A stretch of 64,000 bases of DNA. Origin: Candidatus Latescibacterota bacterium (lineage in GTDB: Bacteria; Latescibacterota; UBA2968). The position numbers and the translations under genes are program-made. Position 1 is the first letter of the stretch. Each line of letters begins with the position of its first letter. Shown here piece after piece: positions 1 through 10,012 of this stretch. The DNA lies in NCBI GenBank assembly GCA_965222605.1, contig OZ244960.1:1344001-1408000 (forward strand). The letters run 5' to 3'. The notes beneath the pieces were generated by a model. It had not been told where the DNA came from. It did no database searches and saw only the letters and a program-made list of their open reading frames with translations.

Positions 1-109
1 AGCGCAAATTTTGGTCTTCGGGCGATTCGTACCACAGGCCAACATCATCCGGCATCATTTCCAGGTCTGATTGATCTAATTGAACTTCCCAAAAATCAGG
101 ATTGTACAT
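1..109 (-). CDS. 5' part of a CDS running off the window (MYNPDFWEVQLDQSDLE...), possibly a sigma-70 region 4/HTH-type protein
   Basis: ATG at 109 with GGAGGAG Shine-Dalgarno at 122-128; frame open to the window edge; product is a guess from recalled similar N-termini. Confidence 0.45.
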   Translation of the reverse strand, partial: MYNPDFWEVQLDQSDLEMMPDDVGLWYESPEDQNLR

Positions 110-232
110 TTGTCCGTTCGTCTCCTCCAGGGAATGAATATGTCGGGCGAAAAACTACCACACATACCAGACCCGCGGCTCCGGAGGAACGACAATGCTA
201 CGACGGACAGATTGTGAACGACCAAACCGCCG

Positions 233-298
233 TCAGCACCTTACCGGAGGCGAACCGGGTATGTTATTTGTCGTAACCGCGAAAATTAAAGCCTTCAT
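233..298 (-). other. small 21-aa ORF (MKALIFAVTTNNIPGSPPVRC) with strong RBS; possible leader peptide
   Basis: AAAGGAGG 4 nt upstream of ATG at 298. Confidence 0.3.
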
Positions 299-426
299 GT
301 TGCCTCCTTTCAAATAGACATGCTGATAAATAAACAACCACCCCAAAAACTGCGGGAATCTTGCTGCATTGTCAAGACATACGTCTCCGCCCTTACACCA
401 GCATGGATGCACTTTTGGGCGCGTTA

Positions 427-1758
427 TCAAAAAGATTTTTTCTTTTTCAATTCATCCCACCAATCCATAAGTGCGCGAATGTGTTTTTCATAGCCGCGAT
501 CTGTGGGATGATAATAAGTGCGGTCTCTCAAGTTATCGGGAAAATACACTTGCTCAATATAGCCATCCGGATCGTCATGTGCGTATTTATACCCCTTGCC
601 GTAATCGAGATCTTTCATGAGCTTTGTCGGCGCATTGCGAATATGCAGGGGCACGGGCAGATTAGGATGCTTTTCAACATCGGAAAGTGCGTTATTATAC
701 GCGGTATAAACAGCATTGCTCTTGGGAGCTGTGGCGAGATAAACCGTCGCCTGAGCAATGGCTAAATCGCCTTCGGGACTGCCCAGAAAGTCGTAGGCTT
801 CGCGGGCATTGAGCGCAACTTGCAAAGCGCGCGGGTCGGCAGTGCCCACATCTTCAGAAGCAAAGCGGATCATGCGCCTCAAAATATAATGCGGATGCTC
901 ACCCGACGCCATCATACGAGCGAGCCAATACAGCGCGGCATGTGGGTCGCTACCGCGAAGACTTTTGTGAAAAGCCGAGATGATATTGTAGTGTTCTTCG
1001 CCAGTTTTGTCGTAAAGATGAGCCTTGCGACCGAGGATTTCGCGTACCATTTCGGGCGTGGGGTCGCAACCTGTAGCTTCAACAGCCGCAGCAACCGTTT
1101 CAAGCGCATTGAGAGATCGGCGGGCATCGCCCTCCGCAGTCTCGGCGATGAGATCCAAAGCCTGGTCATCAATCTGCAAATCGGGAAACCCGTGTTCCGA
1201 ATCGGCAATTGCGCGGTCCAGCACCTGGCGAATATGGGACGTATCGAGCAAATTGAGCACAAAAACGCGAGTGCGTGAAAGCAGGGCTGAATTGACCTCA
1301 AAAGAGGGATTTTCAGTAGTGGCGCCAATGAGCGTGATAACACCATTTTCGACATGGGGCAAAAAAGCATCTTGCTGCGCTTTGTTAAAACGGTGAATCT
1401 CATCTACAAAAAAGATGGTGCGCCTACCCAGGCGCCGTTCTTCTCGCGCCCGTGCAATAATTTCTCGCGCCTCTTTGACACCCGCGGTAACCGCGCTAAA
1501 GGATACAAAACGACTCTGCGTCGTCCCGGCAATAACCCGAGCCAGCGTTGTCTTGCCCGAACCCGGTGGTCCCCAGAAAATCATGGACGGCAAGCGGTCG
1601 CTTTCGATAAGCACGCGAAGGGGCGCACCCGGCCCAACGAGGTGATCCTGCCCCACAATATCGTCCAGCACCTGGGGACGCAGGCGTTCGGCCAAAGGCG
1701 CGTCTGTAATCTCCTGCGCGGTTTGTGATACGGGTTTAATAAAAAGGTCTTCGTTCAT
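427..1758 (-). CDS. rarA: replication-associated recombination protein A (AAA+ ATPase MgsA/RarA)
   Basis: PLAERLRP, Walker A GPPGSGKTT, Walker B FVDEIHRF, ATTENPSFEVN, MgsA C-terminal HLRNAPT-like motif (HIRNAPT); start moved to MNEDLF (GAGGTG RBS). Confidence 0.95.
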   Translation of the reverse strand: MNEDLFIKPVSQTAQEITDAPLAERLRPQVLDDIVGQDHLVGPGAPLRVLIESDRLPSMIFWGPPGSGKTTLARVIAGTTQSRFVSFSAVTAGVKEAREIIARAREERRLGRRTIFFVDEIHRFNKAQQDAFLPHVENGVITLIGATTENPSFEVNSALLSRTRVFVLNLLDTSHIRQVLDRAIADSEHGFPDLQIDDQALDLIAETAEGDARRSLNALETVAAAVEATGCDPTPEMVREILGRKAHLYDKTGEEHYNIISAFHKSLRGSDPHAALYWLARMMASGEHPHYILRRMIRFASEDVGTADPRALQVALNAREAYDFLGSPEGDLAIAQATVYLATAPKSNAVYTAYNNALSDVEKHPNLPVPLHIRNAPTKLMKDLDYGKGYKYAHDDPDGYIEQVYFPDNLRDRTYYHPTDRGYEKHIRALMDWWDELKKKKSF

Positions 1759-1887
1759 AGCTCTCACCTCTCGCCAAAATATACTCAGATTTCCATACTT
1801 TCGCCAATACTCGGAAAAGTGCTTGTGAACGCATCTGGTTTCGCTATTTTGAAACCTATTCTCCCATCCCAATTCTGAAAGGACCTT

Positions 1888-4065
1888 ATGATAGAAAAAC
1901 ACGACATGACCGAAGAACAAATTCGCAGCTATTACGGCTGGGCAGAAATTGACCCAGACCGAGCGGTTGTCGCCGGAGAAACGGGCACATGGCGCATTGT
2001 ATATCACGTGGGCAAATACGGAATAGACGATGGCGGTGTGATCAAAATCGCTTGGCGCGACGTAAGCGACTGGCAACGACCGCAATTTGAAGATCCTGCC
2101 GCGCCTGCTTATGCATCGGTCTCGACCACAGGACCGGCGACCTTAAAAGCCGTATTTGACAGACAGCGCTATATTCGACCGTGGCGATATTGCGTGACCA
2201 TCGATGTATTTGACGATTCGTTATCCGAAGGCGATACCGTAACGCTGGTATTGGGTGATACATCGGGCGGAGGTAGCCGCGCGCAAACCTTTTGCAAAGA
2301 TGCGTTTGAATTTCGGGTATCGGTTGACTGGTGCGGCACATGGGTATATACAGAAGTACCATCCCCCAAAGTACCAATCGTAAGCGGCGCGCCCAATAAA
2401 ATCATCGTACTGGGACCTTCTGAAACAACGCCGGGAGAAGCGACCTGGATCGGTATAAAAGCCGAAGACATGTGGGGCAATCCGTGTGCGAAATACAGGG
2501 GCACGGTAAAAATCGACGCCGATGGACTGGACGGACTACCCGAAACATTTGCATTTCAGCCAGAGCATCGCGGCGCAATGCGATTTGAAAACGCGACAGC
2601 ACCGACAACGGGCATTTATCGCGTACGGGTTCGGGATGAAAACAATGGATTTGAGGCAGAGTGCAATCCGCTAATATGCATTGAAACGCGCAAAGACGCG
2701 CAACCCTTTTGGGGAGATCTACACGGGCAAAGTGAAGAAACAGTGGGAACCAATCCAGTATCGTCATACTTTCGTTTTGCGCGAGAAAAGGCGTGGATGG
2801 ATTTTGCAGGACATCAGGGGAATGACTTTCAGATTACAGAAGCAGTCTGGAATGAAATCAAACACCAGGCCAATACACAAAATACTGCGGGCAAATTCGT
2901 GGCCTTTGTCGGTTGGGAATGGTCGGGCAACACACCTTTGGGTGGCGATCACAATGTCTATTATCCCGGCGATGATGGACCATTGCACCGCTCCAGCCAT
3001 GTCTTGATCGAAGACAAGTCAGATATAGATACAGATTGTCAGCACATAACCGACCTCTACCGCGCACTCAAAGGAAAAGACGCGCTGCTAATACCGCATG
3101 TGGGCGGGCGCTATGCCAACCTGACCTGGCATGATCCAAATCTGGAGACTGTGATTGAGGTCCTATCGGAATGGGGCGAATTTGAATGGTTCTTAAAAGA
3201 AGCCCTTGAAAAAGGCTATCGCATCGGATTTACCTGTGGCAGTGACGATCACAAAGGCCGCCCGGGTGCAGCACATCCAGGCAGTGGTGCATTCGGTATT
3301 TACGGTGGAATCACATGTGTATATGCAAAAGAACTGACGCGAGAAAGCTTATGGGAGGCAATAAAAACAAGGCGATGTTATGGCACCAGTGGACAGCGCA
3401 TCCTCATAGATGTCACCGTAGGTGGACAGCCCATGGGATCGGACCTATCAACGAATACGCCACCCGAAATCGCCGTCAAAGTTTGGGGCACTGCGCCAAT
3501 AGAAAAAGTGGATATCTTCAGAGGCACACAAATTATTTATACACATCCCCAAACCATTCCCCGGCAACAAAATCGCATACGCATCGCGTGGTCGGGGCAA
3601 CGCATCAGGGCGCGCAACCGACTCGTGCGCTGGGATGGCGAGATAACGATAGACAAAGGGAGAATCGCAAATGCCAGAGGCTTTGCCTTTGACTCGGCAT
3701 CCGAAGGCATTCAATCTGCCGACGACCAATCGGTCGCGTGGACATCGGTGACAACCGGCGATGCCGACGGTGTGATTTTAACTCTAGATGCTCCGCCCGA
3801 TGCAACAATCAATTTTGGAACACCCGTCCTATCACAAGCGTTAAAACTTACAGAAATAGCAAAAGGGCCGGTTGTAATCGACGCAGGTGGTATTGATATG
3901 CAGGTGGTATTTGAACAAATGCCCATAGGCATTGGACGCGACATCGCATTTACTTATACCGAAAACCAGTTACATCCCGGCTGTCATCCCTATTGGGTGC
4001 GCGTAACGCAAATAGATGGTGGAAAAGCGTGGGTGAGTCCGGTGTATGTGCAGAACGGTGTATAA
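1888..4065 (+). CDS. DUF3604-like / PHP-fold metallohydrolase-domain protein
   Basis: WGDLHGQS, GWEWS, GSDDHKGRPG, RRCYGTSG, C-terminal AWVSPV; AAGGA RBS. Confidence 0.75.
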   Translation: MIEKHDMTEEQIRSYYGWAEIDPDRAVVAGETGTWRIVYHVGKYGIDDGGVIKIAWRDVSDWQRPQFEDPAAPAYASVSTTGPATLKAVFDRQRYIRPWRYCVTIDVFDDSLSEGDTVTLVLGDTSGGGSRAQTFCKDAFEFRVSVDWCGTWVYTEVPSPKVPIVSGAPNKIIVLGPSETTPGEATWIGIKAEDMWGNPCAKYRGTVKIDADGLDGLPETFAFQPEHRGAMRFENATAPTTGIYRVRVRDENNGFEAECNPLICIETRKDAQPFWGDLHGQSEETVGTNPVSSYFRFAREKAWMDFAGHQGNDFQITEAVWNEIKHQANTQNTAGKFVAFVGWEWSGNTPLGGDHNVYYPGDDGPLHRSSHVLIEDKSDIDTDCQHITDLYRALKGKDALLIPHVGGRYANLTWHDPNLETVIEVLSEWGEFEWFLKEALEKGYRIGFTCGSDDHKGRPGAAHPGSGAFGIYGGITCVYAKELTRESLWEAIKTRRCYGTSGQRILIDVTVGGQPMGSDLSTNTPPEIAVKVWGTAPIEKVDIFRGTQIIYTHPQTIPRQQNRIRIAWSGQRIRARNRLVRWDGEITIDKGRIANARGFAFDSASEGIQSADDQSVAWTSVTTGDADGVILTLDAPPDATINFGTPVLSQALKLTEIAKGPVVIDAGGIDMQVVFEQMPIGIGRDIAFTYTENQLHPGCHPYWVRVTQIDGGKAWVSPVYVQNGV

Positions 4066-4090
4066 CTGGTCGCAGTCCAGACCAGTTCAC
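4064..4090. repeat. 27-bp palindromic REP-like element, copy 1
   Basis: AACTGGTCGCAGTCCAGACCAGTTCAC is the exact reverse complement of 37211-37237. Confidence 0.75.
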
Positions 4091-4110
4091 TAAAAAAAAG
4101 GAAATATAAC

Positions 4111-5082
4111 ATGAACGAATACGCCGTAACATTCACCGAACGCGAAACCGCAAAATTGCTACCAGTTGAAATCGATACAGACGCGATCGGTGCAGACGAA
4201 GTCGCAGGTCATACCCTTGCGACCCTCATCAGCGCGGGCACGGAATTAAACAGCGGGTATCTCGGCAACAATTTTCCCAGACAGTCGGGATACGCAGCGG
4301 CCTTCAAAGTTGAAAAAGTAGGGGGAAATGTCGCGGGTATTTCGCCGGGCGATCTCGTCTTCTGCCCGGGCAATCATGCATCCTATCAGCGAAAGCCCGC
4401 CTCGCAGGTGATTCGCCTGCCCGACGGCCTCGCGCCAGAAACATCTGTATTTGCCCGCATGATGGGTGTCTCAATGACCACTCTAACAACCACCTCGGCG
4501 CGGCCACCCGCCAAAATTCTCATCACTGGGCTCGGCCTCGTCGGCCATCTGGCAGCCAAAAACTTTCAGGCCTGCGGCTACGAAGTCTATGCCTGTGACC
4601 CGGTTGCCTCGCGGCGGCAAATTGCCTCAGAAACGGGGATTCACAATGTGCTGGATGCCGTGCCATTGGAAAATCCCGACCTCTTGGGCCAATTCCAACT
4701 CGCCATTGAATGCTCGGGACACGAACAAGCCCTGCTCGATGCAGCAGGCGCCGTGAGAAAACGTGCCGAAGTCGTTTGCATAGCCTCCCCCTGGCGTCGA
4801 TATACAGATCTGCTCATACACGATTTGCACCGCCTCATCTTCTTTAACTACGTCGCCATCCGCAGCGGCTGGGAATGGGAACTGCCGCGCCAGCCAGAAG
4901 ACTTTCGCACCAACAGCGTTTTTGAAAACTTTGCCGGTGCCCTCAAATGGTTGGCCGAGGGCAGCGTCACTGTCGATGGCATCTACACAACATACGATCC
5001 CGAAAGATGCCAGCAAGCATATCGTGACCTTTTGCACAAAAAAACTGAACGCCTCGCGGTCGTCTTTGACTGGACGACTTGA
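4111..5082 (+). CDS. medium-chain (zinc-binding ADH-like) dehydrogenase
   Basis: ISAGTE, Rossmann GLGLVG, IECSG. Confidence 0.8.
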   Translation: MNEYAVTFTERETAKLLPVEIDTDAIGADEVAGHTLATLISAGTELNSGYLGNNFPRQSGYAAAFKVEKVGGNVAGISPGDLVFCPGNHASYQRKPASQVIRLPDGLAPETSVFARMMGVSMTTLTTTSARPPAKILITGLGLVGHLAAKNFQACGYEVYACDPVASRRQIASETGIHNVLDAVPLENPDLLGQFQLAIECSGHEQALLDAAGAVRKRAEVVCIASPWRRYTDLLIHDLHRLIFFNYVAIRSGWEWELPRQPEDFRTNSVFENFAGALKWLAEGSVTVDGIYTTYDPERCQQAYRDLLHKKTERLAVVFDWTT

Positions 5083-5256
5083 GATTGGCGATTAGAGATA
5101 ACTTCAAAAAATAGGGAGGGATAACCGAACCGACTCCAGGTTTGTTTTTCACAGTTCACCGTTGGGCGACTTGAGATCCGCGGTTAGACACAACCTTAAA
5201 AAATAGTGAGGTGACAACCGAATTGACTCCGAGTTTGTTTTTCGCAGTTCACCGTT
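5075..5256. repeat. two imperfect tandem copies of a ~92-bp unit
   Basis: copies start at 5075 and 5167; both contain CGACTTGAGAT, AAAAAATAG, AACCGAA, GACTCC and GTTTGTTTTTC(A/G)CAGTTCACCGTT. Confidence 0.85.
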
Positions 5257-5291
5257 AGAGCCGGGGGAACCTTAGTACAAGGAGGGTTGTC

Positions 5292-6896
5292 ATGTCGAGA
5301 TGTATTCGCAGTATCGTCGCGATCTCACTCGCCGCAGGCGTGATGTGGAGCTGTAGTGGCGAGCGCGTGACCCAGTCGCAGGTACCAGATGAGGCGGACC
5401 ACCATATATCATCCGCTGTGGTGATGGCTACTTTGCGACAGGATGACGCGCTCGTAAGCGGTGCCACAGTCGAACTTTCGCGTTCTGTTGCAGGTCAGAC
5501 CCCAGATTACGCATGGTCTGGGACCACCGACGACAATGGTCGGGCGCGAGTGGAGATTATGTCACACAATGTGACGGGTTATTACCAGGCACGCGCCATG
5601 AAGGACGGGAACACAATCGGTTCCTGGTCGAGCATACCAATTAAAGGAGGCTACGAGGTGATGCTCGACTTGTCCGTTGAAGGAAAAGCACAGGTGATGG
5701 GTTCGGTCCCAATAAAACCAGAGGAACCGCCAACCCAATTTACCGTGCGTATTGAGAACATTTCACCTGTTTTTCCCTATATAGCGAGCGGGATTTTTAT
5801 CGTACCATCGGGCGCTGCCGGTCCCGGTCCACTCCCGCCGGGCCAATCTTATGGATTCTCGTTTGAAGCACCGCCGGGAACCAGATTATTCTTTGTCACG
5901 AAGCTTGTACAGACCGACAGTCTGTTCTATGCCCCCAGTACAGATGGCATCGCGCTTTGGGACGATGCGGGCAATCGCATCTCGGGCGATGTGACAGATC
6001 AGATAATGGTGTGGGATATCGTCGCAATATTGAATCAAGCGTTCGGCAGGGGTGCAGACCGCATCATCATGGGCGACGACATTCCCGCAGTTGACAGCGT
6101 TATCCGCGTAACAATCACGCCGTCTGAAGATTCTGCTACGGGTTTTGGCGTGCAGATTGAGAATGTGTGGAGCGGAGAGCACCCGCAACTACTGACACCA
6201 GGCGTATTTGTTATCCATACGGAGTCTGCACCGCTATTTACACCGGGTTCGCCCGATACGGGCATGGAAGCACCCGCTGAAAATAGAAACCCGGATCGCC
6301 TCACGGAGATGTTCAGCATGCACACAGGCGTGACCGGAATACTGGCACCGGGCGTGTTTGCCGTACATCGGGAAGCTGGCGTGTTATTCACATCGGGTTC
6401 GCCCGATCGGGGCGAGGGCCTCGAAGCACTCGCCGAAGATGGCAACCCGGGTGGTCTGGCAGAGGCACTGGCAAGAAATGACCGCGTATCGACCAACGAG
6501 GCATTTGCCGTGCCCGAAGGAGCAGGTGGTCCCGGACCTTTGCCCCCTAACGGCGCGTATGTCTTTAGCTTCAGCGCGTCAGCGGGCGACCGCCTGTCCT
6601 TTGCCACGATGTTTGTCCACTCCAATGACCTGTTCTTTGCCCCCGGCGAGGAAGGTATCGCTCTCTTTGGAGAAGACGGATCGGCAATAATGGGCGATAT
6701 TACGTCAATGGTCCAGTTGTGGTATGCCGGTACAGAAGTCAACCAACCCCTCGGTGTTGGTCTCGACCAGGCGCCGCGTCAATCTGGCCCCAACACGGGT
6801 GCTCCAGACCCGGACAATACCGTGCGCCTTGCCACGGGCGACCACATTCCCGAGGTTGGCAGCATAATCCGCGTGACGATCACACCGGGTAATTAA
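5292..6896 (+). CDS. lipoprotein with duplicated spondin_N-like domain
   Basis: signal peptide ending MWSC; SFATMFVHSNDLFFAP, LEALAEDGN, AGTEVNQ; the GPGPLPP...Y.F.F block occurs twice. Confidence 0.75.
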   Translation: MSRCIRSIVAISLAAGVMWSCSGERVTQSQVPDEADHHISSAVVMATLRQDDALVSGATVELSRSVAGQTPDYAWSGTTDDNGRARVEIMSHNVTGYYQARAMKDGNTIGSWSSIPIKGGYEVMLDLSVEGKAQVMGSVPIKPEEPPTQFTVRIENISPVFPYIASGIFIVPSGAAGPGPLPPGQSYGFSFEAPPGTRLFFVTKLVQTDSLFYAPSTDGIALWDDAGNRISGDVTDQIMVWDIVAILNQAFGRGADRIIMGDDIPAVDSVIRVTITPSEDSATGFGVQIENVWSGEHPQLLTPGVFVIHTESAPLFTPGSPDTGMEAPAENRNPDRLTEMFSMHTGVTGILAPGVFAVHREAGVLFTSGSPDRGEGLEALAEDGNPGGLAEALARNDRVSTNEAFAVPEGAGGPGPLPPNGAYVFSFSASAGDRLSFATMFVHSNDLFFAPGEEGIALFGEDGSAIMGDITSMVQLWYAGTEVNQPLGVGLDQAPRQSGPNTGAPDPDNTVRLATGDHIPEVGSIIRVTITPGN

Positions 6897-6920
6897 CTGA
6901 CGTTACGCAGCAGATATATC

Positions 6921-6950
6921 AAGGGGCGAGTCTTCGGACTCGCCCTTTTT
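6921..6950. terminator. intrinsic terminator between convergent genes
   Basis: GGGCGAGTC-TTCG-GACTCGCCC followed by TTTTT. Confidence 0.85.
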
Positions 6951-6957
6951 GCGTATA

Positions 6958-7719
6958 TCAGATGTGCATACGCAACATAGGACGGCTGAATGAAACAGGC
7001 ATGTAATCCCCAGTTCTTTTGCGTTTTGTACCGGGGATCATAAAGTGGATGGCAAAGGCGCGACGCTGGCGGTCTGTGTGATTGGGCGGTGTGTGATGCA
7101 GGGTTTGGCAATGGTGAAACATAACGCCACCGGCGGGCAACTCGATAATTTTGGCTTTGGATATATCCACCTGATCTTCGATATCAAACAGCGCATCGGT
7201 TTGAGATGAACGCTCATGGGTGAATGGGCGAAGATGAGAGCCGGGGATGACGTGCATAGCCCCGTTTGTCACATCGGCATCATCCAGAGTGAGCCAGCAT
7301 GAGACGAGATTGGCAGGCATACATTGCCAGTACCCATTGTCTTGATGCCAGAAAACCGCATCTCCATTATGTGCGGGTTTGAAGAGCGCCTGATCGTGGA
7401 AGAGTTGAATATTTGGACCGATGAGTGCCTCGGCAATATCGAGTATGGGGTCATAGTAAATGAGTTCCCTGTAGTGCAGATTGCGCTCACACATTTGCAT
7501 GATCTGCAGCATTTGTGTGGACGCGTTGTTTTTTTCACTGAGATCATCGGTATTGCTAATGGCGAGATTGCGAAAGCGGTTATTCTTCCGCGCGGCTGCA
7601 AATTCGCGGTCGTATTCCCGGCGCAATATCTCGATGTGTTCATCCTCGAGAATTTTGCCAATCGCGATATAGCCATTCTGGTGAAAAAATTCGATTTGCT
7701 CCGAGGTTAATGCAGACAT
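6958..7719 (-). CDS. phytanoyl-CoA dioxygenase (PhyH) family Fe/2OG enzyme
   Basis: FFHQNGY, WHQD, NGAMHVIPGSH, HHTPPNHTDRQRR. Confidence 0.9.
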   Translation of the reverse strand: MSALTSEQIEFFHQNGYIAIGKILEDEHIEILRREYDREFAAARKNNRFRNLAISNTDDLSEKNNASTQMLQIMQMCERNLHYRELIYYDPILDIAEALIGPNIQLFHDQALFKPAHNGDAVFWHQDNGYWQCMPANLVSCWLTLDDADVTNGAMHVIPGSHLRPFTHERSSQTDALFDIEDQVDISKAKIIELPAGGVMFHHCQTLHHTPPNHTDRQRRAFAIHFMIPGTKRKRTGDYMPVSFSRPMLRMHI

Positions 7720-7738
7720 TGTGTACTCCTGATAAAAA

Positions 7739-8761
7739 TTAACTCAACAATTCCTCTGTATAAGCAAATAGCGCAGGCGTCCCGCCCGTATGCACCATCA
7801 CCACAGTTTCATCTTTGCCAATCTCGCTGCGGTTCACCATATCAATCAACCCCGCCAGCGTTTTGCCCGTATAAATTGGCTCCAGCAAAATCCCCTCTGT
7901 TCGCGCCAATAGCCTTATCGCGTCATTGCCCTCGGGTGAACAATACCCATATCCCTGCTCGCCGACATACCGATCCACATTTTCAATCATAGATTCATCA
8001 AACGCGACATCCACATCCAAAATCTCCGCCATTTGTCTCAATACACCCAAAAATGCGTCTTTGAGATCATAAGACCACAAAATGGGCCTCACGCCCACAA
8101 TCCGCACATCCAATCCCAAAACGGTCTTTCCAAAAATCAAACCCGGTTGTGTACAACTGCCCGAACACAAAACAATGGTTGTGGGCGTTTCACCTATTGC
8201 ATCGAACTGATCCATCATCTCGGCCATACACAGCGCGTAACCCATTGCGCCAAACGGGCGATTGGCCGCTTGCATCACCACAAAAGGCTTTCGCCCTTTT
8301 CGCTCAAATTTTTCTATCAGTACCTGCTTGGCATCGTCCAATAACTCCTGCGTTTCAACATCGATCAGTTCAAAGTATGCACCCAATAAATTATCCAACA
8401 GCAAATTGCCCTGCGTACTGCCACTCTTGTGATCCTTCACCAGAACCAGCCCACAATCCACCCCCAGCTTTGCCGCTGCCGCCGCCAACTGCCGGCTGTG
8501 ATTGGACTGAGACCCCGCACCGCCGATGAGCACATCCGCACCGCGAACCAACCCCTGTGCAATCGTAAACTCCAACTGCCGCGTCTTATTGCCGCCAAAC
8601 GCCAGGCCCGTACAATCATCGCGTTTGATATAAATCTTTGGACCTCCAACCGCCTCTGTCAACCGCTCGCAAAACTCGAGCGGCGTGGGCAAATGCCCCA
8701 GCGACACACGCGGGACCTTCTCGATGCGTGCTCTCAATTCGTCACGGGAAATAACAGCCAT
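7739..8761 (-). CDS. D-cysteine desulfhydrase / ACC deaminase family PLP enzyme
   Basis: PTPLE, KRDDCTGLAFGGNKTR, QSNH, EGILLEPIYTGK, HTGG. Confidence 0.9.
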   Translation of the reverse strand: MAVISRDELRARIEKVPRVSLGHLPTPLEFCERLTEAVGGPKIYIKRDDCTGLAFGGNKTRQLEFTIAQGLVRGADVLIGGAGSQSNHSRQLAAAAAKLGVDCGLVLVKDHKSGSTQGNLLLDNLLGAYFELIDVETQELLDDAKQVLIEKFERKGRKPFVVMQAANRPFGAMGYALCMAEMMDQFDAIGETPTTIVLCSGSCTQPGLIFGKTVLGLDVRIVGVRPILWSYDLKDAFLGVLRQMAEILDVDVAFDESMIENVDRYVGEQGYGYCSPEGNDAIRLLARTEGILLEPIYTGKTLAGLIDMVNRSEIGKDETVVMVHTGGTPALFAYTEELLS

Positions 8762-8964
8762 TATAGACCTCCAGTAAAATCACAGTCAGATGTGTATATC
8801 AGCGCAATCGCAAGCCTATGGAAACGAATATACACGCATGAAGCAAGCGAAAATGCCATTGACATTTCTCAAGATAGCGAATTATTTGTTAAGGGCAGTG
8901 CATACGGGGTTTACATCACAAAAAACCATCGATCAAACATCCAAACCGCAGCAAGAGGCTCCCC

Positions 8965-9942
8965 ATGAAAATACTCATCACCGGAATCACAGGGCGTATC
9001 GGCGGCAATTTAGCAGCGCAGCTCGTTGAACAGGGGCATCGGGTTCGCGGGCTTGTGTGGCCCAAAGATCCGCGCGTAGAAAAATTTGAGGGCATCGACC
9101 TCGAACTCATCGAAGGCAGTCTCACCGAATACGAAGACGTGCAAAAAGTCACCGACGGCATCGACGTGATCTATCACCTGGGCGCGGCCTTTCAGGGTGG
9201 TGGCCCATTTACGGACAACGACTACTTCGAAATCAACCTGCGCGGCACATTCCACATGCTCAAAGCCGCAACCCAACAGGATAACCTCAAACAATTCATC
9301 TTTGCAAGCACAGACGCGCTCTACGCCAAATATCCCCCTGAAGGAATGGACAAACCCATCCGAGAAGACGCAATGCCCCGAGAACCGCGCGGCTGGTACG
9401 CCCTATCCAAATCCGTCGGAGAAGAAATGTGCTACGGGTACTGGCGCACCCACCAACTGCCCATCACCATCTTGCGCTTTTGCATGGTCGTTGGCGCGGG
9501 CGAAATCCTCGACTTCCGCCAATTTTACCTGAGCAAACTCAAAGAACTTCCCGAACTCAGCGCCTTATGGCGAGGGGAAGAACGCCTCCTCCTCCTCAAA
9601 GACATGAAAGGCCGTTCCTACAAAAAACACATCGCCGACGTGCGCGACATTGCACACGGCTGTATCTGCGTATTGAACAAAACACAAGCCGCCGGACACG
9701 TCATTCAACTCGGCGGACCGCGTCCATTCACATGGGCCGAAGCCATCCCGTATCTGTCACAACGCCTGAACATCCCCTATCAGGAAGCCATTATACACGG
9801 CGCGCCCACACATTACGAATACGACCTGACCAAAGCGCGCGACCTGATCGGCTTTAATCCACAATACGACATCATCCGCATGATCGAAGACGCCATTGCC
9901 TATCGAGAGGGGAAAACCATCGACGTCTTGCCCACGGAATAG
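8965..9942 (+). CDS. NAD-dependent epimerase/dehydratase (extended SDR)
   Basis: TGITGRIG, YALSK catalytic motif. Confidence 0.85.
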   Translation: MKILITGITGRIGGNLAAQLVEQGHRVRGLVWPKDPRVEKFEGIDLELIEGSLTEYEDVQKVTDGIDVIYHLGAAFQGGGPFTDNDYFEINLRGTFHMLKAATQQDNLKQFIFASTDALYAKYPPEGMDKPIREDAMPREPRGWYALSKSVGEEMCYGYWRTHQLPITILRFCMVVGAGEILDFRQFYLSKLKELPELSALWRGEERLLLLKDMKGRSYKKHIADVRDIAHGCICVLNKTQAAGHVIQLGGPRPFTWAEAIPYLSQRLNIPYQEAIIHGAPTHYEYDLTKARDLIGFNPQYDIIRMIEDAIAYREGKTIDVLPTE

Positions 9943-10012
9943 GATCGGGATGGGCAGGATGAAAGGATAGACAGGATACACCCTGCCTCCCACCAAAACC
10001 AAGAGGAAGTAA

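Noticed and set aside
1759-2085. N-terminal extension of the rarA ORF
   Set aside because: It overlaps the divergent gene at 1888; the RBS and homology begin at 1758
5075-5256. CRISPR array or tRNA
   Set aside because: Only two long diverged units, no repeat-spacer structure, no cas genes and no cloverleaf
9943-9990. GGAT-rich short repeats (also AAGTTAG repeats at ~37118-37142)
   Set aside because: Short low-complexity intergenic repeats with no supportable function
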